Shown: piece after piece, positions 1 through 9,470 of the stretch
Layout of the letters: each line of letters opens with the position of its first letter
Position numbering within the stretch: the first letter of the stretch is position 1
Assembly (NCBI GenBank): GCA_054661495.1
Contig: BAAFSQ010000224.1
Coordinates: forward strand, 1-16,293
Source: Zygophlyctis sp. KS116
Taxonomy: Eukaryota; Fungi; Chytridiomycota
Reading direction: 5' to 3'
Length of the DNA: 16,293 bases
The notes under the pieces: generated by a model
Told to the model about the DNA's origin: nothing
The model's input: the letters and a program-made list of their open reading frames with translations, nothing else
Databases searched by the model: none
Translations under genes and position numbers: made by a program

Positions 1-105
1 ATGAGAATTTAGTGTTTCAGATGGCACTGATAATAAATCAGAATAACTATTGACTTAATTGACTATTGAGTGCAACACAATCACAGGAATTTTAAAAAGA
101 CAATA

Positions 106-285
106 TGATAATATCAAAGGTTCTCTAATCAAAACAGGACTCAGAGAACAATAACAAAGAACAAGGCAAAAAGAACTTTGTTGAAAAGACAAAAATAAGC
201 TACGCCACTGCTTCAACTTAAATGATCAATCCAGCATCCAAGCAATCCAGCATCCCAACTATGTGAAGCACGAGAGAGTGCAACA
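106..285 (-). repeat. Solo LTR (LTR1), related to solo LTR E; left boundary uncertain
   Basis: Ends in TGCAACA at 285. Carries CTTTGTTGAAAAGACAAAAA (176-195), identical over 20 bp to 9381-9400, plus the GGTTCT and CTACGCCAC motifs seen in other LTRs here. The left TG at 106 is a best guess. Confidence 0.55.
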
Positions 286-289
286 GTGA

Positions 290-542
290 TGTTACGAGAC
301 AAAAGCTGGATAACAATACCTGACTGGGAAATATAAGAGTTCAACAAGAATTAGAACTCAGTACACAAGATTAACAAGGAACAAGATAGATATGAACTTT
401 GTTAATTAGACAACTAAATCCTAGCCACTTTAGATCAGATATGCATCCCAAACACGTGTCCAAGCACAAAAGCAAATCAGCAGTGAGAAGCCGCTGAGGT
501 CCATTTTCAGATATTGTGTAGTATGTGGAGTGGAGTGTAACA
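290..542 (-). repeat. Solo LTR (LTR2)
   Basis: TGTTAC...GTAACA termini and the shared LTR motif CTTTGTTAATTAGACAA at 397-413. No PBS, PPT or coding sequence belongs to it. An alternative right end is 554. Confidence 0.62.
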
Positions 543-557
543 TGTGTCGTAACAATT

Positions 558-854
558 TTAAAATGGTAGACAGCGAAGATAACGCTGGATTTTTCCGGAA
601 AACTCTTTTACTTTATTTTTCTTTCGATCTCCATCATACTTTTCAGGGCGAGGAATAATCTTTGCATGAGACATTCCTCCAATTGCTTCCATGGCGTGTT
701 GATTCTGCACGATCGGTGTGGGAACTCTTGAGGCCTCCACACGCAAACGATCATTTTCCATCTCTAAACTTTGTAGCCTAGCAATCAACTCTCTAGCCTG
801 ATCAGGGCTTAAATTTGTAATATCAATATCCATCCTTATTAGTTTTTCTTTCAC
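558..854 (-). pseudogene. gag: Truncated Gag N-terminus of element A
   Basis: Starts just downstream of the PBS. A coiled-coil-like segment is followed by PRPEKYDG, the P-x-x-F/Y-x-G motif at the start of Ty3/Gypsy capsid domains. It stops at the deletion junction. Confidence 0.7.
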
Positions 855-888
855 TTTCTTCCTCTTTCTTCCAATAGTCGTAGTATTT

Positions 889-899
889 CCAAGCTACCA
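889..899 (-). promoter_or_regulatory. tRNA-type primer binding site TGGTAGCTTGG (probably initiator tRNA-Met)
   Basis: TGG lies 1 nt after the LTR-terminal CA on the minus strand. TGGTAGC matches the 3' end (GCUACCA) typical of fungal and animal initiator Met tRNAs. Confidence 0.7.
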
Positions 900-900
900 A

Positions 901-1201
901 TGAAACAATTTTAAAATCCGGGTTCTTAATAAACAATTGTTTCTTATTTTTAGCTCTCTTATTCACTCCAAAACTAATTAGGACTCAGATACAGACAAAA
1001 CACTTGGTTCTTAGTAACAATTGAGATTTATTACCTTGGTTTAGTAACAATTGAGATTTATTACAGAGAACCAAGCGTCCCTACTGATCATTTCAAGCCT
1101 CTAAAAGCACCAAGCTGCTGAGCTATGTATTATCATTCCTAGAGCTGATTCAAACCTAAAAAGAAACTCAGACCCTAAACTAAGACCTAGTTAACCTAAC
1201 A
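901..1201 (-). repeat. 5' LTR of element A
   Basis: TG...TAACA termini, adjacent PBS, CCGGGTTCTT motif shared with LTR E, and an internal ~30-bp tandem duplication. Confidence 0.72.
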
Positions 1202-1202
1202 G

Positions 1203-1412
1203 TGTTAAAGGCAGAGAAACAAGAGAGAAATTGAGATTATATAAGTGAGTTCCTTTTTGGATTAATGAACTCAGGAAACAAACAAAGAACACAAACAAGG
1301 AACTTTGTTAACAAGACAAAAGAAAACTACGCCACCTCTGTTCCATATTAGTCCAGCGATAATCCCAGCCTGTAAGCACCAAGCACCAATAATATGTGAG
1401 CAAAGCATAATA
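1203..1412 (-). repeat. 3' LTR of element B
   Basis: 210-bp copy of 4660-4870 with the PPT adjacent. Confidence 0.95.
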
Positions 1413-1415
1413 TCA

Positions 1416-1425
1416 CCCCCTCTCT
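1416..1425 (-). promoter_or_regulatory. Polypurine tract of B (AGAGAGGGGG)
   Basis: Purine run 3 nt (TGA) before the 3' LTR on the minus strand. Confidence 0.9.
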
Positions 1426-1444
1426 ATGAATAACTCTCATCAAT

Positions 1445-2035
1445 TCATACATCCTGCATAGTTTTCCCAGAGTAATAATATTCACCATCAAATTCATGAA
1501 ATCGGAACAAGTGTTCAGCATTTATAGGCAAATACTGTCCTGACATATCAGTATAACGACGTTCATCAGGTTTTTGGAGAGTATATGTTCCATTCTTCCC
1601 TTTAGCAACAATATAGAAAGGCCCAATAAATTTAAATTGAAATTTTGTTTTTGTGATTTTTTAACTTGACTACATCAACAACTTCAAAGGTTGGTTCTTT
1701 AACTCCCATTTTAACATCATATTCCATTTTCATTTTATGCGCCTTAGTAACCCTAACCCTTGGCTTTCAATCTTTGCAAGGCAGCTGCCCTGTTTTGTCC
1801 CAAAATTGCTAATTCTTTCGCGGTATAATTTGCAACATCATGAATATCATTAAAATCATAAACACTACCAGGAGGATTAATAGGTATTTCATCCCCTGGA
1901 ATTCTTGGATTTAGGCCATGAGCCAAGTAGAAAGGAGAGAAACCAGTAGCATCACTTTTGCGCGTATTCAATATCAATTCTGCCTGCGGTATAAAATGAT
2001 CCCATTTATCAACTTCGCCAGCACACAATTTAGAT
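1445..2035 (-). pseudogene. pol: Integrase C-terminal half of B (end of core + GPF module), frameshifted
   Basis: WDHFIPQAELILNTR...TGFSPFYL, then FKFIGPFYIV. Colinear with the C integrase. Confidence 0.88.
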
Positions 2036-3487
2036 TTAATTCTTCAAAACATTCTTGTGCAAACTCTGTCTTTTGATACTCCATTTTTGATTTAGTCAAT
2101 TCGAAGAGCGGTCCAGCGATACTCGAAAATCCAGGGATAAAGTCTCGGTAATAATTAGCTAGTCCAAGGAAAGATCTCATTTGTTTAACAGTTCTAGGAA
2201 ACGGCCATTTCTCTATAACCTCCAATTTAGTATCATCCATCTCGATTACATTTTTTGATAGAGAATGGCCAAGAAAGACTAGTTTGTCTACCATAAACAA
2301 GCACTTCTTTTGATTTACAATAAGCTCATATTTCTGTATCCTGGAGAAAACCTCTTTCAACAAGACCTGGTGTTCTTCCATCGTTTTAGTGTATATGAGT
2401 AAATCATCAATATAAACCAGTAAGCCTCGATCAAGCAAGTCCCCAAAGATATAATTCATGAAGGCCTGAAAAGTACCAAGTGCATTTTTCAGGCCGAACG
2501 GCATCATATTATATTGAAAATGACCATATTTGGTACGGAAAGCTGTCAAGTATTCTTTTCCTTCATGAATGCGGACTTTTGAGATCTATTTTAGAAAAAC
2601 AACATGATCCCATAGTCAGCTGTAGCATATCTTTGATTATAGGCAAAGCTGTTCGGTCTGTCTTCAATACTGAATTCAATGCACGATAGTCCACACAGAG
2701 TCTAAGTGATCCATCGATCTTCTTTACAAACATAACTGGAGAACCAGCTGGAGAGGTAGACTTACTGATCATTCCGGCCTCTAAAGCAGTTTCCAAATAC
2801 TTTCGTAAGACTTCCTCTTCTTCTTTGCTTAAGGAATAAATGGGCCCAAAAGGTGGAGATTTTCCTTCAAGTAGCTCCAAGTTTATGTCTATTCCTTCTC
2901 TATGAGGGGCTAAACCAGGGAATTCATTAACAGTGAAAACTTTGGTGAATTCTTTAATAAGATTCTTTAGGAAACATTCTCTTTTGAGTTCTAAAGAACT
3001 ATGTTCACTATCAATTAGATCTATAAAAACTTGCCTTTGGGGAACACCATCTTGAGCATCCGGTGTTCCCTTACAAAAACTTAACGTCTCATGGTATAGG
3101 TTGAATAATCAACTTGTTCAAATTCCAATTTATCATTGGGTTGACTTTTACCAGCCAGTCAAAACCGAGAATGACCGGGTGATTGGGAGACTGTACGACC
3201 AAGAAAACTAGGTTGGATTTATAATTGGAGAACTCGAGCGCACCATTTATTTTGTGAGTAATCTGTCCTGTTCCACAAGGGGTCCCATCAATAGATGTAA
3301 CTAACCAACTGCGTTCTAAGCGTTCTAGAGGCAAGTTTAACTCTTTAACAAATCCTTCATCAATAAAAGCCATCCCCATAGCACCCGAATCGATCATGAC
3401 TACGGTTTGAAAATCCATCCCTTCGTGAGAAAAACTACAGGGAAATTCTAGTAACCGTTTTCCAGACTTCTGTAGTACGTTGAGATG
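2036..3487 (-). pseudogene. pol: Protease + reverse transcriptase of B, frameshifted
   Basis: MIDSGA aspartic protease motif and ILGFDWL. RT motifs LRLCVDYRALN, MPFGLKNA, YIDD, FLGLANYYR. Confidence 0.93.
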
Positions 3488-4605
3488 TTAAGTCTTATTC
3501 TCTTCAAAATCTACAGGAATTTCCTTTGAAATATTAGTTAACTTTTCTTGCCTTATAGGGATCTCTTCTTTGATGCAATCCGAGATCCCCTTCCAAGGCG
3601 AAACCTCGGGTATAACACAAACGTACTTAGACATCTTTATATTAGATTTAAAAGGGCAGTTTGAAGACACATGAGATGGTGGAGATTCTACTACTCGTTT
3701 GCAATAGTGGCAACGCTGCTCTTCAAAACACACCTTCCGGCGTTGTTCTACATCCATTTCACGGATCTCTTGCAGTCTTTCTTGAGAATTTGAAACCATA
3801 ACTCCATTGATTGTGACTTGATCAGGAAAATCCGAAATAGATACTTTACCTATTTCCATAGGGACAACCTGAGATCTAGACTGTAAAAAGTTTGGCGAAA
3901 CATCTCTTGACATATGATTTCGAGATTGACTAAGAGTATCACGAGAACTTGTAGAGAAATTGGAACTTCTTCGATCCTGTCTGAGTCTAAACAACCGATT
4001 ATCCAAATCAACAACAGCCATAACATAAGAATCAAGATCATCAGGTAAGTCCTTATCCACCAACCGGTCTCTGATTTCATATTTCAGACCTTTTTCAAAC
4101 AAAGGTCTAGCAGAATCTGGGGATATGTCAGAACGGTACAAGAGTTCTGAGAACTTAGTCCAGTAAGACAATACAAACTGAGATTTGCCTTGTGAGAGAG
4201 ATAGAAGAGCGTCCGTAGCATTTCTTTTGGAAAAGGGGTCTGAGAATTTAGAGAAAGCTTGAGAAAACACATTCCAATCGTTCAATATTTCTGGATTTTT
4301 TCCTTGTGTGGGATTTTCAATCAATGTGACTGCCCAATCTGCAGCCCCTAACCCAATTTTCTTAGCATCTGAATCAAAAGTAGTTGGTTGCAAAGAAAAG
4401 AAATTCTGTAATCTAGCCAAAAAGACTCCATACTGATTCTTATTGCCATTAAAAGTCTGCACATAGTAGGATCACGAGTAACAGGTGCAGGCCGCTGATT
4501 AGCTTGCACTTGCAACTGTGCTAGTGCAACTAGGACCTGTTGCAGCAATCCAGGATCTATAGCTTGAGAGGCTACAGGGGTAGTAGATCTGGGGAATTCT
4601 TCCAT
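3488..4605 (-). pseudogene. gag: Gag of B (capsid + atypical zinc knuckle), frameshift near 4460
   Basis: ATG 43 nt after the PBS. Retrotransposon-gag-like LSQG...YWTKF...FEKGLK, PMEIG, and CHYC-X9-H-X4-C. Confidence 0.88.
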
Positions 4606-4647
4606 TTTTTTCTAATAAATTTCCAGGCTAGACAAGAGTATTTTAAG

Positions 4648-4657
4648 GTCTTGTTAA
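4648..4657 (-). promoter_or_regulatory. Self-priming PBS of B (TTAACAAGAC on - strand)
   Basis: Lies 2 nt from the LTR end and is a perfect 10-bp inverted repeat of LTR 4766-4775. No TGG. Confidence 0.85.
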
Positions 4658-4659
4658 AC

Positions 4660-4870
4660 TGTTACAAGGCAGAGAAACAAGAGAGAAATTGAGATTATAT
4701 AAGTGAGTTCCTTTTTGGATTAATGAACTTAGGAAACAAACAATGAACACAAACAAGGAACTTTGTTAACAAGACAAAAGAAAACTACGCCACCTCTGTT
4801 CCATATTAGTCCAGCGATAATCCCAGCCTTTAAGCACCGAGCACCAATAATATGTGAGCAAAGCATAACA
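4660..4870 (-). repeat. 5' LTR of element B
   Basis: TGTTA...TAACA, 211 bp, direct repeat of 1203-1412. Confidence 0.95.
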
Positions 4871-4873
4871 GTT

Positions 4874-5066
4874 TGTAAAATGACCGCAAAGTTCAGGTTC
4901 TTTATAAAGATAGAACAAAGTAATTAGAGAGGAGAAATCAAGGATTTCTCAGATAGTTTAACAAGTAGAAACAAACAACTTTGTTAAACAGACAAAAAAC
5001 TATTCCTAAACCACCATCCGTAAAAAGGCTGTAGGTCAAGCACATCATGTGCAGCAAAGTGTAACA
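4874..5066 (-). repeat. 3' LTR of element C
   Basis: TGTAA...GTAACA. 4959-5066 repeats at 9163-9270. PPT adjacent. The left boundary is inferred from the TG. Confidence 0.85.
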
Positions 5067-5069
5067 TCA

Positions 5070-5079
5070 CCCCCCTCCC
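5070..5079 (-). promoter_or_regulatory. Polypurine tract of C (GGGAGGGGGG)
   Basis: Purine run 3 nt (TGA) before the 3' LTR. Confidence 0.9.
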
Positions 5080-5209
5080 ATCAGACCAGAACTGCGATAA
5101 AAACCTCTGGGCAAAAATTGATTAAAAACCAGAGGAAACCGAATGTCCAGCTAAAGATCATTGGCGGTAAATAGCATATTGAATTTTGAATTGGTATTTT
5201 GAGATTTGA

Positions 5210-6608
5210 CTAATTGTCATCTTGTAAGTCATGAATCTGTCCTCCTGTGTAATAGTATTCCTCGTCGAAATCAATGAATTTATGCAAGTGGTCTGCATTC
5301 ACTGGTATATCATCTCCTGACGGGCCCGTCCATCTCCTGCCATCAGGCTTCTGTAAGAAGTATGTACCATTGCGTCCTTTTGCCACTATATAGAATGGAC
5401 CTATAAATTTAAATTGAAATTTAGTCTTAGCGTGATTTTTAAGTTTGACGTCATCTTCAACTTCAAATGATGGTTCTACTACACCCATTTTAATATCATA
5501 ATTCATTTTCATACGTTCCGCTTGAGCCTTTAGGCAGTAGAGTGCTGCTGCCCGATTCTGTCATATTTAGCCAACTCTTGAGCTGTTAAACTTGCAACAT
5601 CATCACTATTAGAGAAATCATAGAAGCCCGGGGGATTAGAGGGAATTTCATCGCCGGGAATTCTAGGCTCTATTCCGTGGGATGGATAAAACGGTGAGAA
5701 ACCGGTTTAGTCTAGTATTCAGGATAAATTCAGCTTGTGAAATATAACGTTCCCAATTGCCAACATCTCCAAAACACAGCTTAGTGAGGATTGAGTTTAA
5801 GTCTCGATGCATTCTTTCCAGATTGCCGTTTGTTCTTGGGGTATATGGGCCAGAGGGCAAATGCCGAATTTCCAAAATTTTTAGGTACTCCTGTAATACT
5901 GAATCCAAGAAAAATAAAGCTCTATCTGAGACAATTTCCAGCGGTGTCCCGAATTTACAGATGATATTTTTAAAGATACATTCTGCTACTGTTTGCGCTG
6001 ATCGGTCCTTGGTAGGTACTAGAATTACAAGTTTGGTAGCATAACACTTCGCGGTGAATAGATTTTTGAACCCATTTTTAGATTTCGGTAGGTCTTGCAA
6101 GAAGTCAATACCCCATTTAGAGAATGGCAACCCCACAGGATCATGAGTATGCAGCGGTCGATGATCAGGTCTTTCTGAACCATGAAGCTGACATATGTTG
6201 CAATTCGACTGAAACTGAATAGTATCGTTTTTCATATTAGGCCAATAGTACCTAACCTGGAGAAGAGGCAGGAGAGTGTTCGAGGCCATATGTCCCAAGG
6301 TAACATGGTATTTTTGAATTAACTCTGCCCTTTCAGAGAATGTGATATACGGTACTTCATAAACATGATAGGGTTTTACTTTCCCTGTTTATTATTCGGA
6401 ATAAGCGGTCATTTTTAAATATAAAAAACCTTGCTTCTTGATTAATCTTTCTGAGAACCTTAGGTGCCAAGACAAAGGATAACTCGCCTGTCCAAAGGAA
6501 TTGTATGAGGTTCTGAAACCAAAAAGGATCCGTACCATTGTTGCACCCCTCGAATTCCATGAATTGTTCTAAATCACCAACCACCTCATCATCTGAGGTA
6601 TCCTCCCT
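5210..6608 (-). pseudogene. pol: Integrase of C (HHCC, DDE core, GPF module, no chromodomain), several frameshifts
   Basis: GHM...YYWP...CNICQ, WGIDF, IVSDRA, TNGNLERMH, FIGPFYIV. Confidence 0.92.
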
Positions 6609-8390
6609 TCAATCCAGAGAACTTTGGTAATATGTCGCATCAAAATCCGAGTTTGCATCTACATTTTCGGAATCTGAATTTTCCACTGGGGAAACCAGGG
6701 GACCGGTACTCGTTGCAAATATATCCAATTTATCCTTACATAAGATTACTTGTTGGTTGTGAGAATTGTCGTCGCTGCATGGTCCAACTAAAGGGTGCCG
6801 ACTTAAAGAATCAGAAACAATCTGTTTAGATCCAGGGCGATAGAAGATTTTGAAATCGAAATCACTAAGAAAGAGAGACCACCTGGCTTGGCGCCTATTG
6901 AGGCTCCTAGGGTTAGAAAAGTATAATAGATTTTTGTGATCACTGTAAATTGAGAAAGGCTTTTCAGTCCCGATTAATAAATATCTCCATTCTTTCAAGG
7001 CATCTACAATAGCCAGCAGTTCTTTGTCATGAATTTCATAGTTCTGCTCTGCTGGCTGAAGTTTCTCAACTGGCTTTAAAAGTCCTGATTTCTCATCAAT
7101 TTGGCTTAGAACACCTCCAATCCTGTAATCAGACGCATCTACTTCCAAGAAAAACTCCTTGTTCTGGTCTGGATACATAAGTATTACCTCCTGTCTGAAA
7201 GCAACCTCTAATTTATTGAAGCTATCCAATGTCAATTCATCCATTTTCCATGACACATTTTCTTTCGTCAGATCTGTTAATGGTTTAGATATCGTCGAGA
7301 AATTAGAAATGAAATCACGATAATAATTCGCCAGGCCCAGAAAGGACCTCATTTCCTTACGATTTCGTGGGAAAGTCCACTCATCCAGTGCCTTCAACTT
7401 ACTTGGGTCCATTCCAATTCCTGCAGAACTTAGCGAGTGACCAAGGAAAGTTACCGACGATTTAAAGAACTCACACTTCTCTTTTTTCACCACTAGACCA
7501 TAATTTTGAACTCTTCGAAATATTTCGTTTAAGAGTTCGGAATGTCGTTCAAAATCAGAAGTATAGATTAGAATGTCATCGATATAAACTAAGACACCCC
7601 TATCAATTAAGTCACCAAAAATCTGGTTCATGAATGCTTGAAAGGTTCCAGGAGCGTTTTTCAATCCAAAAGGCATCACTAGATACTCGTAGTGACCATA
7701 TTTTGTACGAAATGCGGTCAGATACTCATTCCCTGCCTTAATTCTAACCAAGTGAAATGCGGACTTAAGATAAATTTTGCTGAAGTATTTAGAGCCACCC
7801 ACTCTCCTGAGCAAGTCCTTGATAATAGGTAAAGCTGTCCTATTTGACTGTGTAACACCATTTAGGGCCCGATAATCAACACAAAGACGTAGACTGCCAT
7901 CGTTCTTCTTAACAAACATAACGGGCGACCCTGCTGGCGATTTAGATTCCCGGATGATTCCCGCCTGACTGGCTTTATCAATGTATTTCCGTAATACAAC
8001 CTCTTCATCCTTAGATAGGGAATATAAATGCCCAAAAGGTGGAAATTTGTCCTCCAAGAGCTCTATATCCAGATCTATTCCAGGCCTGGAACTGGGCAGG
8101 TCCGGAAACTCTTTATCTTCGAACACTTCAGAATATTTTTCTAAGACCTTGCCTTTGCACGATTCGATTAAATCAATACTAGATACTTGCCTTCGAGGGC
8201 TCCTGTCTTCGATTTCAATCGAGGATCCCTTTAGTAACATATTAAAGTGAAGTCTTCCAGTCTCCCAATCTATAATCGGATTATAAAGCTTCAACCATCC
8301 CAAGCCCAAAATAATTGGTGTGTTTGGACAATCAATCACGAGGAGTTCCACAGCCTTTTCAAAATCCTCGAAGCTAAGTTCAATACGCAC
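6609..8390 (-). pseudogene. pol: Protease C-terminus, RT and RNase H of C (593-aa open segment of a broken polyprotein)
   Basis: ILGLGWL, LRLCVDYRALN, YLVMPFGLKNAPGTFQ, YIDD, VDASD, NYEIHDKELLAIV, SDHKNL, RQARW. Confidence 0.95.
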
Positions 8391-9162
8391 TTTTTCAGTT
8401 ATTATCCACTACCACATGCAGTACCATCCACGGATGTGACCCTGATAGAAGTATCTAATTTCACACAACGAAATCCCTCCTTCTCTACATAGCCGCGATC
8501 AATATAACCCATTCCCATAGCTCCGGAATCTATCATAGCGTTCGTAAATATAGTTTTATCATTAACTTTAATATCAACCTTCACGAAAAACAACAAGTTA
8601 TTTCTATCATTAACAAAGTTTATATATAGTTCTTGCCTTTGGGGGACCCCTTCTATGATTTCATCTGGGATCCCCTTCCGAGGATGGACCTCAGGATAAC
8701 GAGCCGAGTAGTCAGACTTTGTTTTATTCACTTTAAATGGGCAAGTCTGAGCAATATGAGACGGAGGAACTCCAACCACCCTTTTACAATAATGACAGCG
8801 GTGTTCCTCAAAACACACTTTTCTACGCTGTTCGGGATCCATTTTTCTTATTTCATTTAACCGCTCCAAAGAGTTAGACAGGGAGACACCATTGATCATC
8901 ACATTTTCCACCAGTCTTAACATTACCAATCTCCATAGGCTGAGGCAGATTACTAGAGTGAGATACCGAGGGGGGATTTCCATAGTACTTTGCGAAAGAA
9001 TTAGAGTTCAACGGTCCTCTTCTGTCTTGTCGCAACCGGAACAGGCAATTATCCAAATCGACAACTGCCATAACAAATCTATCCAAGTTGGCTGGCAGGT
9101 CCTTTCAACCAACCGATCTCTTATTTCATACTTAAGACCTCTTTCAAATAATGGGCGAGCAG
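8391..9162 (-). pseudogene. gag: Gag C-terminal half + protease N-terminus of C, frameshifted
   Basis: Highly similar to B gag (VMAVVDLDN, PMEIG, CHYCKRVV). MIDSGA is in the same frame as the zinc knuckle. Confidence 0.88.
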
Positions 9163-9270
9163 TAACAAGTAGAAACAAACAACTTTGTTAAACAGACAAA
9201 AAACTATTCCTTAACCACCATCCGTAAAAATGCTTAAGGTCAAGCACATCATGTGCAGCAAAGCGTAACA
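9163..9270 (-). repeat. Truncated 5' LTR of element C
   Basis: 108-bp match to 4959-5066, fused directly to mid-gag. Confidence 0.9.
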
Positions 9271-9465
9271 AAGGACTGAAAAACCGGGTTCTTTATATAG
9301 TCTTAAATCAAAAGCAATTAATTAATTCTGTACTTTCTCACTTAGAAACTCAAGCAAGAAGTCAAAGAACAAAATATAATCTTTGTTGAAAAGACAAAAA
9401 GATCCTCCTAATCCATCAACACGTTTTCTGATCAATCCAAGCCTACCAAGCATCAAAGCATAACA
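9271..9465 (-). repeat. Solo LTR E (left terminus missing or merged with the end of C's LTR)
   Basis: Ends CAAAGCATAACA, like B's LTR. Has CCGGGTTCTT and CTTTGTTGAAAAGACAAAAA motifs. Confidence 0.75.
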
Positions 9466-9470
9466 TGTTT

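Larger units (their letters stand above)
548..1201 (-). mobile_element. Ty3/Gypsy element A, internally deleted (5' LTR + PBS + gag start fused to a ~17-bp remnant of the 3' LTR)
   Basis: AACAATTTTAAAAT at 551-564 is identical to 904-917, the LTR terminus. GTGT flanks both ends (544-547 and 1202-1205). PBS and gag fragment lie between. Confidence 0.62.
1203..4870 (-). mobile_element. Ty3/Gypsy element B (two LTRs, non-autonomous, ~1.4-kb internal deletion)
   Basis: Direct repeats at 1203-1412 and 4660-4870 (5 substitutions + 1 indel), PPT, self-complementary PBS, and gag-PR-RT-(deleted RH)-IN domain order. Confidence 0.95.
4874..9270 (-). mobile_element. Ty3/Gypsy element C (relative of B); U5, PBS and 5' gag deleted
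   Basis: LTR 4874-5066 and partial LTR 9163-9270 (5 differences in 108 bp), PPT, and gag-PR-RT-RH-IN order. Confidence 0.93.

Noticed and set aside
1-105. GAGTGCAACA at 68-77, identical to the end of LTR1 (276-285), as another LTR end
   Set aside because: The match is only 10 bp, upstream sequence differs, and the region is cut by the window edge, so it cannot be supported.
227-255. CAATCCAGCATCC x2 in LTR1 and other short repeats as a CRISPR-like array
   Set aside because: Only two copies, no spacers and no cas genes; this is an ordinary U3 repeat.
290-554. LTR2 ending at 554 with a perfect 8-bp inverted repeat TGTTACGA/TCGTAACA
   Set aside because: Not excluded, but it gives no TSD. Ending at 542 better explains the 14-bp match to A's LTR terminus and the GTGT duplication.
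3488-3490. In-frame TAA between gag and protease in B as a programmed readthrough site
   Set aside because: C, D and F run from zinc knuckle to protease in one open frame, so a nonsense mutation in a single Tf1-like ORF is more likely.
6609-6611. In-frame TGA between RNase H and integrase in C as a separately translated integrase
   Set aside because: D's linker is open at the equivalent position and C has many other lesions.
1198-9275. Matching TSDs for elements B and C
   Set aside because: The flanks do not match (ACAG/GTTT for B; AGTT/AAGG for C), probably because neighbouring insertions disrupted them, so no TSD is claimed.
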